A stretch of 64,000 bases of DNA from NCBI GenBank assembly GCA_963695855.1, contig CAVOHZ010000008.1, forward strand, positions 448,001 to 512,000, in the 5' to 3' direction. A program made the translations under genes and the position numbers. The notes below the pieces were generated by a model. The model was not told the origin of the DNA, did no database searches, and was given only the letters and a program-made list of their open reading frames with translations. This DNA is from an uncultured Nitrososphaerales archaeon (GTDB lineage Archaea > Thermoproteota > Nitrososphaeria > Nitrososphaerales > Nitrososphaeraceae). Below are positions 1 through 9,692 of the stretch, piece by piece (position 1 is the first letter of the stretch; each line of letters starts with the position of its first letter).

Positions 1-347
1 TTTCAAATATATATCATCAAAATCTGACTAAACAATTTGGAACTTCTATGGACATTTCTGAAGAATTTCAGTGGGAATGGCTTTATATTCCTCACTTTTA
101 TCATACTCCGTTCTATTGTTACGCCTATTCATTTGGCAACTTATTAGTACTTTCATTATTTAATCTATATAAAAAGGAAGGAAAATCTTTTATTCCAAAA
201 TATCTGAAAATACTTTCAGCTGGTGGGTCAAAGAAGCCGGAACATTTACTAAATGAAATTGGAATTAATATTTCAAGTAGAAGCTTTTGGCAACAAGGTT
301 TTGACCTAGTAGCAGAAAAAATAACACAATTAGAAGAACTCTTGTGA
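1..347 (+). CDS. M3 family oligoendopeptidase (PepF-like), C-terminal part; 5' end lies outside the window
   Basis: WLYIPHFYHTPFYCYAYSFG motif typical of the M3B oligoendopeptidase C-terminus; the frame is open upstream of the Met at 48. Confidence 0.85.
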   Translation, partial: SNIYHQNLTKQFGTSMDISEEFQWEWLYIPHFYHTPFYCYAYSFGNLLVLSLFNLYKKEGKSFIPKYLKILSAGGSKKPEHLLNEIGINISSRSFWQQGFDLVAEKITQLEELL

Positions 348-1390
348 ATTTATTGTCCAAGGAATATTTGTTAAAAAATATAATTTAGTAATTTATTATA
401 ATTTATATATAACGTGGTTAGAACATATATAAATAACTTCTGTCAATATGGTGTACTTAAATATGTTTATAATAACATGATACTTGTTCCAATATTATAG
501 GAAATAATCTTGCAAATATAATAAAATATATATAAAATAACTCCATTAAGTATTTGTTGCGTTTTTTTATCCTTTCCACCATCTTTAACAAAGTTATTTA
601 AGTAATATTATTTGATAGAATGTAAAATAAAGTGTACATGAACAGAAAATATATTTTATTAGATCAAGAACTTATTGATATATCTGACTTATATTTTCAT
701 TTATCAGAAGTCAACTGAAAAATATTTTGCATCTATTCAATTTGAAAATATAGTAAATAGAGTGATGTTTGAAGTATCTGTTCATTACTTGTTGAATGAA
801 AAACTGTTATATATCTAAATTAGATATGCTATGACAATCTAAACCAATTGTTCAAATTATCAATGTTACCAGTGTGTTGAAAAAATAAAATCGATTTTCA
901 ATCTCAATTGATTTTAACGATATAGTATTCCAATAAAATTTCGAATGATATTGCCATTAAAAAGAGTTTAAACCTTTTGTAAAAATCGTACTACATAACT
1001 ATCTATTTCGGAATTAATATGTCGTGAAAATTGAGGTCTAAACAATATTAAATATTACTTAGGTGACTTCCCACAGATATGATGTAAAAAAATCCTTAAT
1101 ATAATAAAGGAATAAATGATTTAAATATTATGAAAGAATTTTTCTTACCAATCAAGATTTTTGGGATTGAAGAATACTTTTATTGACATTGGTGTTATTA
1201 GATCATTGGGTTTCTTTTTCCACCACGAGAATAAATCTATATTTCTTTAGTTTATCACTTTTGTCATTGATTTTATAATCATCGATCCTCTAACATCCAT
1301 TAAAAAAGATTAACTAAGAAAGCACAAATCCATGTAATTACCACAAACAAGATTTGTCAGAGAAAATTGATACTTTTATTCAATATCCTT

Positions 1391-1543
1391 TTATTCTTGT
1401 ATCATTCTACCTTGAATGGAATTGATTTTTCGTATTTTACTGTGACCAGTTTTTGTTTTATGATCATCCACATCTGAATTAAAAAAGAAACTATCATGAC
1501 AATCCTCGCAATACCAAATACTATTCAAATCATCTGGATGCAT
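1391..1543 (-). CDS. 50-aa C2H2-type zinc-finger small protein (not in ORF track)
   Basis: Hand translation MHPDDLNSIWYCEDCHDSFFFNSDVDDHKTKTGHSKIRKINSIQGRMIQE* shows Y-C-x2-C-x3-F-x8-H-x5-H spacing. Confidence 0.65.
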   Translation of the reverse strand: MHPDDLNSIWYCEDCHDSFFFNSDVDDHKTKTGHSKIRKINSIQGRMIQE

Positions 1544-1756
1544 AAATAATGTTATGTTTAATCGAATATAAGAAATTAGTAATTATCTAATGTGAAAATA
1601 ATAGAAACTATCTATTGTTGAAAACTTATATATTTTTCTTCTAGATCTGATTAGTATAAAAAAAATATTACTATTTTATACAATAATTGTTATATTCTAT
1701 TTTACCAGAAAGATGATCTCAAAAAGCAATTCATCATATAAAAAAAGCTCATCTAC

Positions 1757-1906
1757 CTAGAGATACTCCACAAAATAGTGTTTTAAATATCTCCTCAAAT
1801 CGTCTTCATCATCAAATCCTAGATATGTTCTCAGATTGTGTATCCGTTCTTCATCGATTTCTTGATTGTTTTGTTCATTATTAAGTACGATATACGCACT
1901 GTCCAA
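1757..1906 (-). CDS. 49-aa acidic small hypothetical protein (TTG start)
   Basis: Hand translation MDSAYIVLNNEQNNQEIDEERIHNLRTYLGFDDEDDLRRYLKHYFVEYL*; protein-like composition, downstream of and co-oriented with the lyase gene. Confidence 0.4.
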   Translation of the reverse strand: MDSAYIVLNNEQNNQEIDEERIHNLRTYLGFDDEDDLRRYLKHYFVEYL

Positions 1907-2013
1907 ATTTTTATTACTCTATTTTTGTTGGGATTATGACTTAAACATTATGAATATCTTTTCGAAAGAAAAAGCAATCTCAACTTAAAGTTCTATGTTT
2001 ATTTCATAAACGA

Positions 2014-3399
2014 TCATTCTAAGCCAAGTATTTTTTCATCTGATAATGCCTTATTCAATTCTTGTTCATTCATCAGCTTTCTTTCCAATACTAACTCTCG
2101 AATACTTCGTCTAGTTTCTAAAGCTTCTTTGTAGATCTCAGCCGCCCTTAAATATCCAATGTATGGATTTAAAAGAGTTATAAGTATTGGACTATTTTCC
2201 ATCTGATCCCTTAATTTTTTAGTATTTGCATGTATTCCGTCGATGAAATTGGAAGCAAATATTGGAAGAAAGTTGATTAACATATCGGAAGCATCTAAAA
2301 TGTTTTTTAGCATTCCTGGTAACATTACATTTAATTCAAATTGTCCCGCCTGAGCAGCCATTGCAATTGAAACGTCTCTTCCAATTATATCAAAACATAT
2401 CATGTTTAAGCACTCTGCAAGCGAAGGATTTACCTTCCCGGGCATTATCGAAGAACCTGCATGAACTGCTGGAATTAATATTTCAGCTAAACCAGCTGTA
2501 GGTCCAGAAGCCATCAGTCTTAAATCATTGGCAAGTTTAATAATTTCTAATGCCAGATTCCTTAAAGAAGATGAACAATTTGCTACATCATATTTGCTTT
2601 GTAATGAATAAAACAGATTGTCCGAAGATTTTAAGTTAAAACCTGATATCTCTGAAAGATTTTTCACGGCTTTATTTTTATATCCTCTTGGTGAATTAGC
2701 CCCTGTACCGACTGCCGTTCCACCTAAGCCAATAAATTCTAATTTTTGTTTTGCTATTATTATCATTTCCTTTGCCTTTTCTAGTGAAAAAACATATTCA
2801 TCGAACTCCGCACCTAGTGTCACCGGTATGGCATCCATTAAATGTGTTCTTCCTATTTTGATAATTTCTGCAAATTCTATTCCTTTTTTTCTTAATGATT
2901 CTATTAACTTGTCTAACGAATCAATTGTAAATTTGATATTTATTAATATAGCAATATTCATGGCTGTTGGAAAAGTATCATTGCTGGATTGAGACATGTT
3001 AACATGATCATTAGGACTCACAACGTTGTATTCTCCTTTCTTTTTGCCAAGAATTTCCAATGCCCTGTTAGCTATTACCTCATTTGAATTCATATTAAAA
3101 GCTGTTCCAGCTCCAGAATTAATCGATTCTATCACAAATTCCTCCATATACCTTCCTGATAAAATCTCGTCACAGGCCTGAATTATTGCTAGTCCTATCT
3201 CTCTATCCAGAATATTCAATTCCATATTGGCTATTGCTGCAGACCGCTTAATCATGGCGAAAGCCTTTACCAAGTTAACATGCGATTTTTGTCCGCTAAC
3301 TTTGTATTGTTTTAGTGCTCTAGAAGTAAAAGGGCCATAGTATGAATCTATAGGAACTTGAATTTCTCCTAAAGAATCTCTATCAATTCTAAACGACAT
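2014..3399 (-). CDS. Aspartate ammonia-lyase / class II fumarate hydratase family enzyme
   Basis: GSSIMPGKVNP fumarate-lyase signature, GRTHLMDA and PNDHVNMSQSSND; 461 aa. Confidence 0.9.
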   Translation of the reverse strand: MSFRIDRDSLGEIQVPIDSYYGPFTSRALKQYKVSGQKSHVNLVKAFAMIKRSAAIANMELNILDREIGLAIIQACDEILSGRYMEEFVIESINSGAGTAFNMNSNEVIANRALEILGKKKGEYNVVSPNDHVNMSQSSNDTFPTAMNIAILINIKFTIDSLDKLIESLRKKGIEFAEIIKIGRTHLMDAIPVTLGAEFDEYVFSLEKAKEMIIIAKQKLEFIGLGGTAVGTGANSPRGYKNKAVKNLSEISGFNLKSSDNLFYSLQSKYDVANCSSSLRNLALEIIKLANDLRLMASGPTAGLAEILIPAVHAGSSIMPGKVNPSLAECLNMICFDIIGRDVSIAMAAQAGQFELNVMLPGMLKNILDASDMLINFLPIFASNFIDGIHANTKKLRDQMENSPILITLLNPYIGYLRAAEIYKEALETRRSIRELVLERKLMNEQELNKALSDEKILGLE

Positions 3400-3516
3400 T
3401 TTATAATGTTGATTCCAATATCTAAATATATTAATTGCTTTTTATGATAAGTAGACTCCGTTGTTTAGTATAAGTTTATATAATATATTTATATAGTCTA
3501 CAGAAAGCATATCAAT

Positions 3517-4080
3517 ATGCCGCAAACGAAACCCATTGTAAGTATCGAAAATGTTGTTGCGTCTGCTACCATTAATCAAACTGTGAATTTAAACCAAATA
3601 ACTCAGATATTTCCAGATGTAGAATATCATCCTGACCAATTTCCAGGACTAGTTTTTAGATTAAAATCACCGAAAACGGCTACTTTGATCTTTAGCTCTG
3701 GAAAGATGGTTTGTACTGGGGCTAAATCTGAAGATCAAGCTATCAAAGCAGTAAAGAGTGTTGTACAAAAATTAAAAAAAGGAAGTATTAACATAGAGAA
3801 TGAGCCTATTATAGAGATTCAAAATATCGTAGCATCAGCTAGTCTAGGAGGTAAAATCCACTTAGAACTAGCTGCCCGTGTACTTCCACGAAGTATGTAT
3901 GAACCTGAACAATTTCCTGGACTAATTCATAGAATGTTGGATCCAAAGACGGTTATACTCCTGTTTGCCAGTGGTAAATTAGTGTGCACTGGGGCTAAAA
4001 AAGAAGCCGAAGTTTATCGAGCTGTTCATAATTTGCATACGTTACTTGAAGAGAAGAACTTGATGATTTATGAGGGATAA
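3517..4080 (+). CDS. tbp: TATA-box binding protein
   Basis: Two repeats of the Y.P.QFPGL..R...PK...L.F.SGK.VCTGAK motif. Confidence 0.98.
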   Translation: MPQTKPIVSIENVVASATINQTVNLNQITQIFPDVEYHPDQFPGLVFRLKSPKTATLIFSSGKMVCTGAKSEDQAIKAVKSVVQKLKKGSINIENEPIIEIQNIVASASLGGKIHLELAARVLPRSMYEPEQFPGLIHRMLDPKTVILLFASGKLVCTGAKKEAEVYRAVHNLHTLLEEKNLMIYEG

Positions 4081-4095
4081 TCTTTTAAGCCGTTT

Positions 4096-4689
4096 TTATT
4101 CTTTAAGCTCTTCTCTTTTTTCTCTGTCTATTAAATTTCTAGCATAAAGGATATCAGAAATTTCTGTCATCGTTATTAAAAACTTTAGGTCAATATCTAT
4201 TTGCGTGTATTTCTCGATTATTTCATTATTTCCCCTAAAAAGTATTGATAATACATTATTGACTTTTGCACCATGATTTCTGATTACCTTTATTGCATGT
4301 TTTAAGGACTGTCCTGTTGTAATTACATCGTCTATTAGTAAGACATTTTGATTCTCTTGCAATTTTCCTTCAATTAAATTGTTACCTCCGTAACCTTTTG
4401 ACTCCTTTCTTATGTATATCAGAGGTCTGAAGATTTCATACGCTAATGCAGACGTAAATACTAAACCTGATGTCGGAACTGTAGCTAAACAGTCAAATTC
4501 CAATCCATCGTCTATTATCTTATCTCTTAAGGAAATTATCGTTTGATGAAAGATTGCTGGATGACTCTGTATATTTCTGAGGTCTACGTAATAACTACTA
4601 TCTAATCCGCTAGAAAGTCTAAATTTACCGACTTTGAGCGAATTAGACTGGATTAAGTAGGTTGCAAAATTAACTAGAAAATCTTCCAT
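4096..4689 (-). CDS. pyrE: Orotate phosphoribosyltransferase
   Basis: F.LSSG..S.YY.D.R, RKESKGYG and PRPP motif VLLIDDVITTG; start moved to MEDFLVNF (4689) to avoid overlap with the divergent gene. Confidence 0.92.
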   Translation of the reverse strand: MEDFLVNFATYLIQSNSLKVGKFRLSSGLDSSYYVDLRNIQSHPAIFHQTIISLRDKIIDDGLEFDCLATVPTSGLVFTSALAYEIFRPLIYIRKESKGYGGNNLIEGKLQENQNVLLIDDVITTGQSLKHAIKVIRNHGAKVNNVLSILFRGNNEIIEKYTQIDIDLKFLITMTEISDILYARNLIDREKREELKE

Positions 4690-4740
4690 TTCAATCTTAA
4701 TGTGAAAGAGATTTATTTTAACTCTTTTAGATAATTCTTC

Positions 4741-5847
4741 ATGCCCGAAATATGGCTTGGCTACGGAACTTCGAACGTAGTTCTTGATATCAAACAAGAA
4801 AATTTAAGTCACTTTGTACCTACACCACAGATTTTCTCCAAAGAATATTTATATAATTTTCTATCAAATATCAATTTTTTAAAAAAAACTCTATTCTTTC
4901 CCTTATCGGGTTCTAAAGCGGTAATAAAAATAATCTCATTATTGATTGACATCTCTAATTCTAATCCAGATTTTGAGATAGAAATTGGCACTTATCCAAT
5001 AATATTTCAGCTAATTAGGACTTATTTTTCTAATTACAGAAAACCAATTACACAAATAGAAAAACAGGATCTCCTTGACAAAATTAAAAAATATAATCAG
5101 GTTGTTTTTATTTCCAGAGTATATCACGATCCTTTGTTTGGATTCCATGGAACTCCTTCTATTCTAATGAGAAATTCAGGCAATAATTTGATGAATCAAC
5201 TTTTTTCATCTTCTTCAATGGAATTTCCAAAACCAGGTACAGTAGGTGAACCACTTAAAATGGCTTTAGAATTTTGTAATAAATTAAATATATACTCAAT
5301 AGATCTGGTTTCCTATAATTCAGATATCGTGGGTATACATTATGGTAATACTATCTCTAGTTTTCAAGAATCTATTTCAAGCTTAAATTCCATAGTCACA
5401 TTATATGATGGAGAAAATAGGGCAATCATTGCTAGCTCAGGATATGAATATGAGAATCATCTCACTCTAAGCAATTCATTGAATTTTCTCTGGAATATTG
5501 TACCCTTACTTAGAAAAAATGGATCTGCTGTACTGTTATCTGAAAGTAGCGGCGGTATTGGGGAAGGAGCATTAAAAATGTATATCGAGGGAAGACTATC
5601 CATGAATGAAATCAAGAACGGTAATTATATTAGTGGACTGGAACATCTAATTTTTCTTAAATGTTTACGGGATGAGTATAATCTTGGAATTGTTTCGTCA
5701 CTGCCCTTCTATTATACACGTAAAAAACTTGGTCTTACACCCTTTAACAATGTGAAGGAAATTCTGGAGAATTTCTTGTCAAAATATGGCAAGAATAGTA
5801 AAGTCATAGTATGTCCCGATCCAGATAGTACATTGCTTCGAAAATAG
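4741..5847 (+). CDS. LarA (lactate racemase)-like N-terminal domain protein, divergent
   Basis: N-terminus MPEIWLGYG and C-terminal SSGYE...ESSGGIG pattern resemble the LarA/DUF2088 fold; catalytic residues not evident. Confidence 0.5.
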   Translation: MPEIWLGYGTSNVVLDIKQENLSHFVPTPQIFSKEYLYNFLSNINFLKKTLFFPLSGSKAVIKIISLLIDISNSNPDFEIEIGTYPIIFQLIRTYFSNYRKPITQIEKQDLLDKIKKYNQVVFISRVYHDPLFGFHGTPSILMRNSGNNLMNQLFSSSSMEFPKPGTVGEPLKMALEFCNKLNIYSIDLVSYNSDIVGIHYGNTISSFQESISSLNSIVTLYDGENRAIIASSGYEYENHLTLSNSLNFLWNIVPLLRKNGSAVLLSESSGGIGEGALKMYIEGRLSMNEIKNGNYISGLEHLIFLKCLRDEYNLGIVSSLPFYYTRKKLGLTPFNNVKEILENFLSKYGKNSKVIVCPDPDSTLLRK

Positions 5848-5989
5848 ATGATAAATTGATATTAAAGAATTCTTTTATGTGCAGAGCATAGAAACATGTA
5901 ATATGTGTAAGATGTCGATTTATCGATTCATTTTTTAATTTACTGCCTATATAAAGTTATATACTTTATCAAAATTACTCATAATACAT

Positions 5990-6487
5990 TTGCAATCTGT
6001 ACTCAGGAATATTGGTGATTATATTATTCGTCAGTGTGAAGAGAAAGACCTTGAATTTGTGATAAACATAAATCTCAGGACACTGCCAGAACATTATTCT
6101 GATTATTTTTTTAGCTCAATTTTGACAGAATTACCTGAAGCTTTCATTGTTGCAGAATTTAAAAATCAGATTGTGGGCTATATAATGTGCAAAATTGAAT
6201 TTGGTTTTTCGAATTTTCGTAAGCTTGGTTTTGTAAAAAAAGGACATGTGGTATCAATTGCTGTATTGGAGGAACATAGGGGAAAAGGAATAGGAAAAGC
6301 GTTAATGTTCGAAGGAATTAACGGAATTCTTAGGAGAAAAAGTGATGAAATTTATTTGGAAGTAAGAGTGAGTAACAAAATCGCAGTTAAATTATATCAA
6401 GATATTGGCTTTATTATTAAATCTAGACTTAGTTCATATTATCGAGATGGTGAAGATGCTTATTTGATGTCACGAGACCTTAGTTAG
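5990..6487 (+). CDS. N-terminal protein acetyltransferase (Ard1/RimI-type GNAT)
   Basis: LPEHY, GHVVSIAV..EHRGKGIG, YLEVRVSN and YYRDGEDAY motifs. Confidence 0.92.
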   Translation: MQSVLRNIGDYIIRQCEEKDLEFVININLRTLPEHYSDYFFSSILTELPEAFIVAEFKNQIVGYIMCKIEFGFSNFRKLGFVKKGHVVSIAVLEEHRGKGIGKALMFEGINGILRRKSDEIYLEVRVSNKIAVKLYQDIGFIIKSRLSSYYRDGEDAYLMSRDLS

Positions 6488-6523
6488 AGATATATAATAT
6501 CTCAATGTGGTTCTTTTATAAGA

Positions 6524-6736
6524 ATGAAAGGTAATAAAACTACCGGAATCTTTCTTTTAACTGTTCCTTCGTTGTTATTTTTTCTATATGTTTATTTGTT
6601 ATTTTCCTCTCATCTGGATCTATTCATAATTAAACTTACCATTACAGCTACAGTTGGTGTAGTTATTACTGTATTTGTTTGGATAGGTTATACTATGGTA
6701 TCCTCAACTCATAATACCGAATTACCTGATAACTAG
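6524..6736 (+). CDS. Small two-TM membrane protein
   Basis: Two hydrophobic helices ending in WIGYTM; co-oriented with the GNAT gene. Confidence 0.65.
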   Translation: MKGNKTTGIFLLTVPSLLFFLYVYLLFSSHLDLFIIKLTITATVGVVITVFVWIGYTMVSSTHNTELPDN

Positions 6737-6747
6737 ATCCAAAAAAT

Positions 6748-7587
6748 TTAAAATAACTCTATATCAGTCACAATTTGGTAAATTCTAGGACCCACTTCTC
6801 TTACTACTCTGCACGAAACAATTCTACTGTTATAAGATCCAAACACATTATTACTATAGTTTTTACCTTCTTCAAGTGAGCATAATTTATTATGGGATTT
6901 TATATGAGCAAAAAAGTGAATTATTCCCTTCTTATTTTTAAGTGCTAAAATTGCTAAATCAATAAATTCAAAAGCTCTCTCTGGAAGAGGCATTAGAACT
7001 CTTGTAGCGATACCTGCTAGTTTATTTGGTATTACTTCAGTTACGTTTCCAAGAATCGGAATAACTCTATTTTCAACCCTATTCAATTTAGTATTAGCTA
7101 AACAAAGTTCTGTAGCAGTAGGATTCGAATCAATACTATGTACTGTGCAATTTGTTTTTTTAGCCAGTATTATCGAATATGTGCCAATACCTCCAAACAT
7201 ATTTACTATCACTTCTTTATCTTTTATTAATCTAGAAATTCTCAGTCTTTCTGTTGATAAACGTGGTGAAAAATATGTTTTTGAAACATCAACCTTGAAA
7301 ATACATCCGTGTTCCTTGTATTCTGTAATGGTTTTCTCTTCTCCTGCCAAAAATTCTAATTGCCTTATTCGATGGTCACCTTGTACTGGTGATATTTGTT
7401 GAAATACCGTGTTTACGGATTTGATCTTTTTCAATAACGTATTTGCGATTATTTCTTTCTTGGAAAGAAGACTGTCTGGAATTTTAATAATAATAATATC
7501 TCCAATAATATCAAAAGATGAATATACTTTAGTAATTTCGTCAATTGTCAAAATATCTTTTAATGTTTCTTTAAGCATACGTGGCAT
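6748..7587 (-). CDS. Trm5/Met10+-like SAM-dependent tRNA methyltransferase
   Basis: FDIIGDI, YFSPRLSTER, NMFGGIG and RVLMPLP motifs. Confidence 0.88.
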   Translation of the reverse strand: MPRMLKETLKDILTIDEITKVYSSFDIIGDIIIIKIPDSLLSKKEIIANTLLKKIKSVNTVFQQISPVQGDHRIRQLEFLAGEEKTITEYKEHGCIFKVDVSKTYFSPRLSTERLRISRLIKDKEVIVNMFGGIGTYSIILAKKTNCTVHSIDSNPTATELCLANTKLNRVENRVIPILGNVTEVIPNKLAGIATRVLMPLPERAFEFIDLAILALKNKKGIIHFFAHIKSHNKLCSLEEGKNYSNNVFGSYNSRIVSCRVVREVGPRIYQIVTDIELF

Positions 7588-7592
7588 ATTTT

Positions 7593-9389
7593 TTATCTGT
7601 TTAAATAGTAATACTCTCCTGATCCTTTTTGTACTTTATCGAGTCTACTCATATCCTTGTTTACCCTAGGTCTTCCTGTACTATCATCTCTTCTATAAGT
7701 AATTGATAGATTTTTTAGGAATTGATTCATCCCTTTTACTTTAGACATCGGTTCAGAGGCGTAACCTTCTATTCCTGAATTCCCTTCAAAGATTATTAAT
7801 GTATCGGAAACAATATCTATCAATTGCATATCATGGTCAATAATTATAGCTGATTTATTTTGTGCCCTTACAAATCTTTGAATAAATTTTGCCAACGCTA
7901 TTCTTTCTTCTATATCTATGAAAGCAGATGGTTCATCAAATGCGTAAATTTCAGCATCTTGCATTAAAGTAGCTGTGATCGCTACTTTCTGTAGTTCTCC
8001 TCCACTTAAATTTTTAAAATTTTTCTCATATAATTTTTTTATACCCATAGGAATAATTATCTGTTCTTCAACAGAACTTCCCTCGATCACATTTTGATAA
8101 CGAGAATATAATAATGACTTAACGTCCCCGTCATAATCCTGACTTATATATTGTGGTTTATATGATATTTTAGGATTAATCTCTACCACTCCCTCATCAG
8201 TTTTTTCTATACCTGCAATTATCTTCATAAATGTTGTTTTTCCTAGAGCATTAGCACCTGTTACTCCAATTACCTCTCCCTTTCTTATCCGTCCAGATCT
8301 GATTTTAACTATAAAGGAATCAAATCTTTTTTTTAAATTAGAATATTGAGTAACAATGGTATTTTGCAGTAAATCTTCCGTTGGACTAAAAGAATCAAAC
8401 CTAAATTTTTTTTCTCTAAATCGTACATTTTCAGAAGGAATAAATCCATCAAGAAAATTGTTTATTCCAACTTTAGTAGACTGCACACTAGACACAATTC
8501 CATAAGCTCCAGGTTCCCCATATAATATATGAATATAGTCAGACAAATAATCCAATAATGTAAGATCGTGTTCAATGATCATAACACTTTTTCCTTTTTT
8601 TGCTAAACTTTGAATTACTTTAGCTACCGCCAATCTCTGATATATATCATTATAAGACGAAGGCTCATCAAAAAAATAATAATCTGCGTCTTTTATTGTG
8701 GTAACTGCCACAGCTAACCTCTGTAATTCTCCACCACTTAATTCGCTAACATTTTTATTCAATGAATTCTTCAATCCTAATTCTTCGGATATTAGATCAA
8801 ACATATCTAACTCGTCAAATTTTTTTAGCATTTCTTTTGCGGTTCCATTGAAAAATTTAGGTATTTTATACACTAGTTGAGGTTTTATAGATAGTTTTAG
8901 ATTTCCATTTGCTAAATTTTGAAAATATGCCTTCAATTCAGTTCCGTGAAAATTTTTAATCACGTCATTCCACTCAATCTTTTCATTATATTCTCCAAAA
9001 TTGGGTTTCAAGTTACCCGATAATATGTTTATTATGGTAGATTTACCCATTCCGTTTCTTCCAAGCAAACCTACTACAGATCCCTTTTTCGGAGTTGGTA
9101 AATGATATAATCTGAATGAATTAATTCCATATTGATGGATCTTATGTTCTCCTAGTTCTTTTGGTAAATTTACTATAACTATTGCTTCGAACGGACATTT
9201 CTTTACACATATTCCACATCCAGTACATAGATCTTCTGAAATTACCGCCTTGCCATCATGTGGTCTCTGAATAATACATTCTCCTCCTGTTTTATTAATA
9301 GGACAATAGATTATGCATTCTAATCCACATTTCCTGGGTTTGCATAATTCTTCATCCAATACGGCTACTCTAGAAGATGCATCATTCAA
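7593..9389 (-). CDS. Ribosome recycling ATPase ABCE1/RLI
   Basis: N-terminal 2x[4Fe-4S] Cys motifs, two ABC domains (GRNGMGKS, GANALGKT, LSGGELQ) and C-terminal RPRVNK. Confidence 0.97.
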   Translation of the reverse strand: MNDASSRVAVLDEELCKPRKCGLECIIYCPINKTGGECIIQRPHDGKAVISEDLCTGCGICVKKCPFEAIVIVNLPKELGEHKIHQYGINSFRLYHLPTPKKGSVVGLLGRNGMGKSTIINILSGNLKPNFGEYNEKIEWNDVIKNFHGTELKAYFQNLANGNLKLSIKPQLVYKIPKFFNGTAKEMLKKFDELDMFDLISEELGLKNSLNKNVSELSGGELQRLAVAVTTIKDADYYFFDEPSSYNDIYQRLAVAKVIQSLAKKGKSVMIIEHDLTLLDYLSDYIHILYGEPGAYGIVSSVQSTKVGINNFLDGFIPSENVRFREKKFRFDSFSPTEDLLQNTIVTQYSNLKKRFDSFIVKIRSGRIRKGEVIGVTGANALGKTTFMKIIAGIEKTDEGVVEINPKISYKPQYISQDYDGDVKSLLYSRYQNVIEGSSVEEQIIIPMGIKKLYEKNFKNLSGGELQKVAITATLMQDAEIYAFDEPSAFIDIEERIALAKFIQRFVRAQNKSAIIIDHDMQLIDIVSDTLIIFEGNSGIEGYASEPMSKVKGMNQFLKNLSITYRRDDSTGRPRVNKDMSRLDKVQKGSGEYYYLNR

Positions 9390-9518
9390 CTTTCTTCACT
9401 TTTATTTTTTACAATATGTATTATATCTCTTGCTAGGTTTACGTTGGTTGTTTTCTAATTTTTAATGGTCCAAGAATATTAAAAAAGATTAAATTAAACA
9501 TGATAGTTGCTATTTGTA

Positions 9519-9631
9519 GCCGGTCATAGTGGCAGGGCGCGACCCGGTCCCATACCGAACCCGGAAGTCAAACCTGTCGTCGCTGCCTAATACTGACCTA
9601 CGTGAGTGGTTGGGAAAAGGCAGTGCTGGCG
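9519..9631 (+). rRNA. rrf: 5S rRNA (stand-alone)
   Basis: GC-rich island gccggtcatag...cccggtcccataccgaacccggaagtcaaacc...gggaaa...gctggc with conserved 5S motifs and paired ends. Confidence 0.93.
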
Positions 9632-9692
9632 TTCTAGATATATAAGTGTCAATATTTCGTACTAGATGATATTTTGGATTTTTCAGATACTA

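Noticed and set aside
4690-4797. N-terminal extension of pyrE in the ORF track
   Set aside because: Overlaps the divergent gene; the Met at 4689 gives a normal-length PyrE
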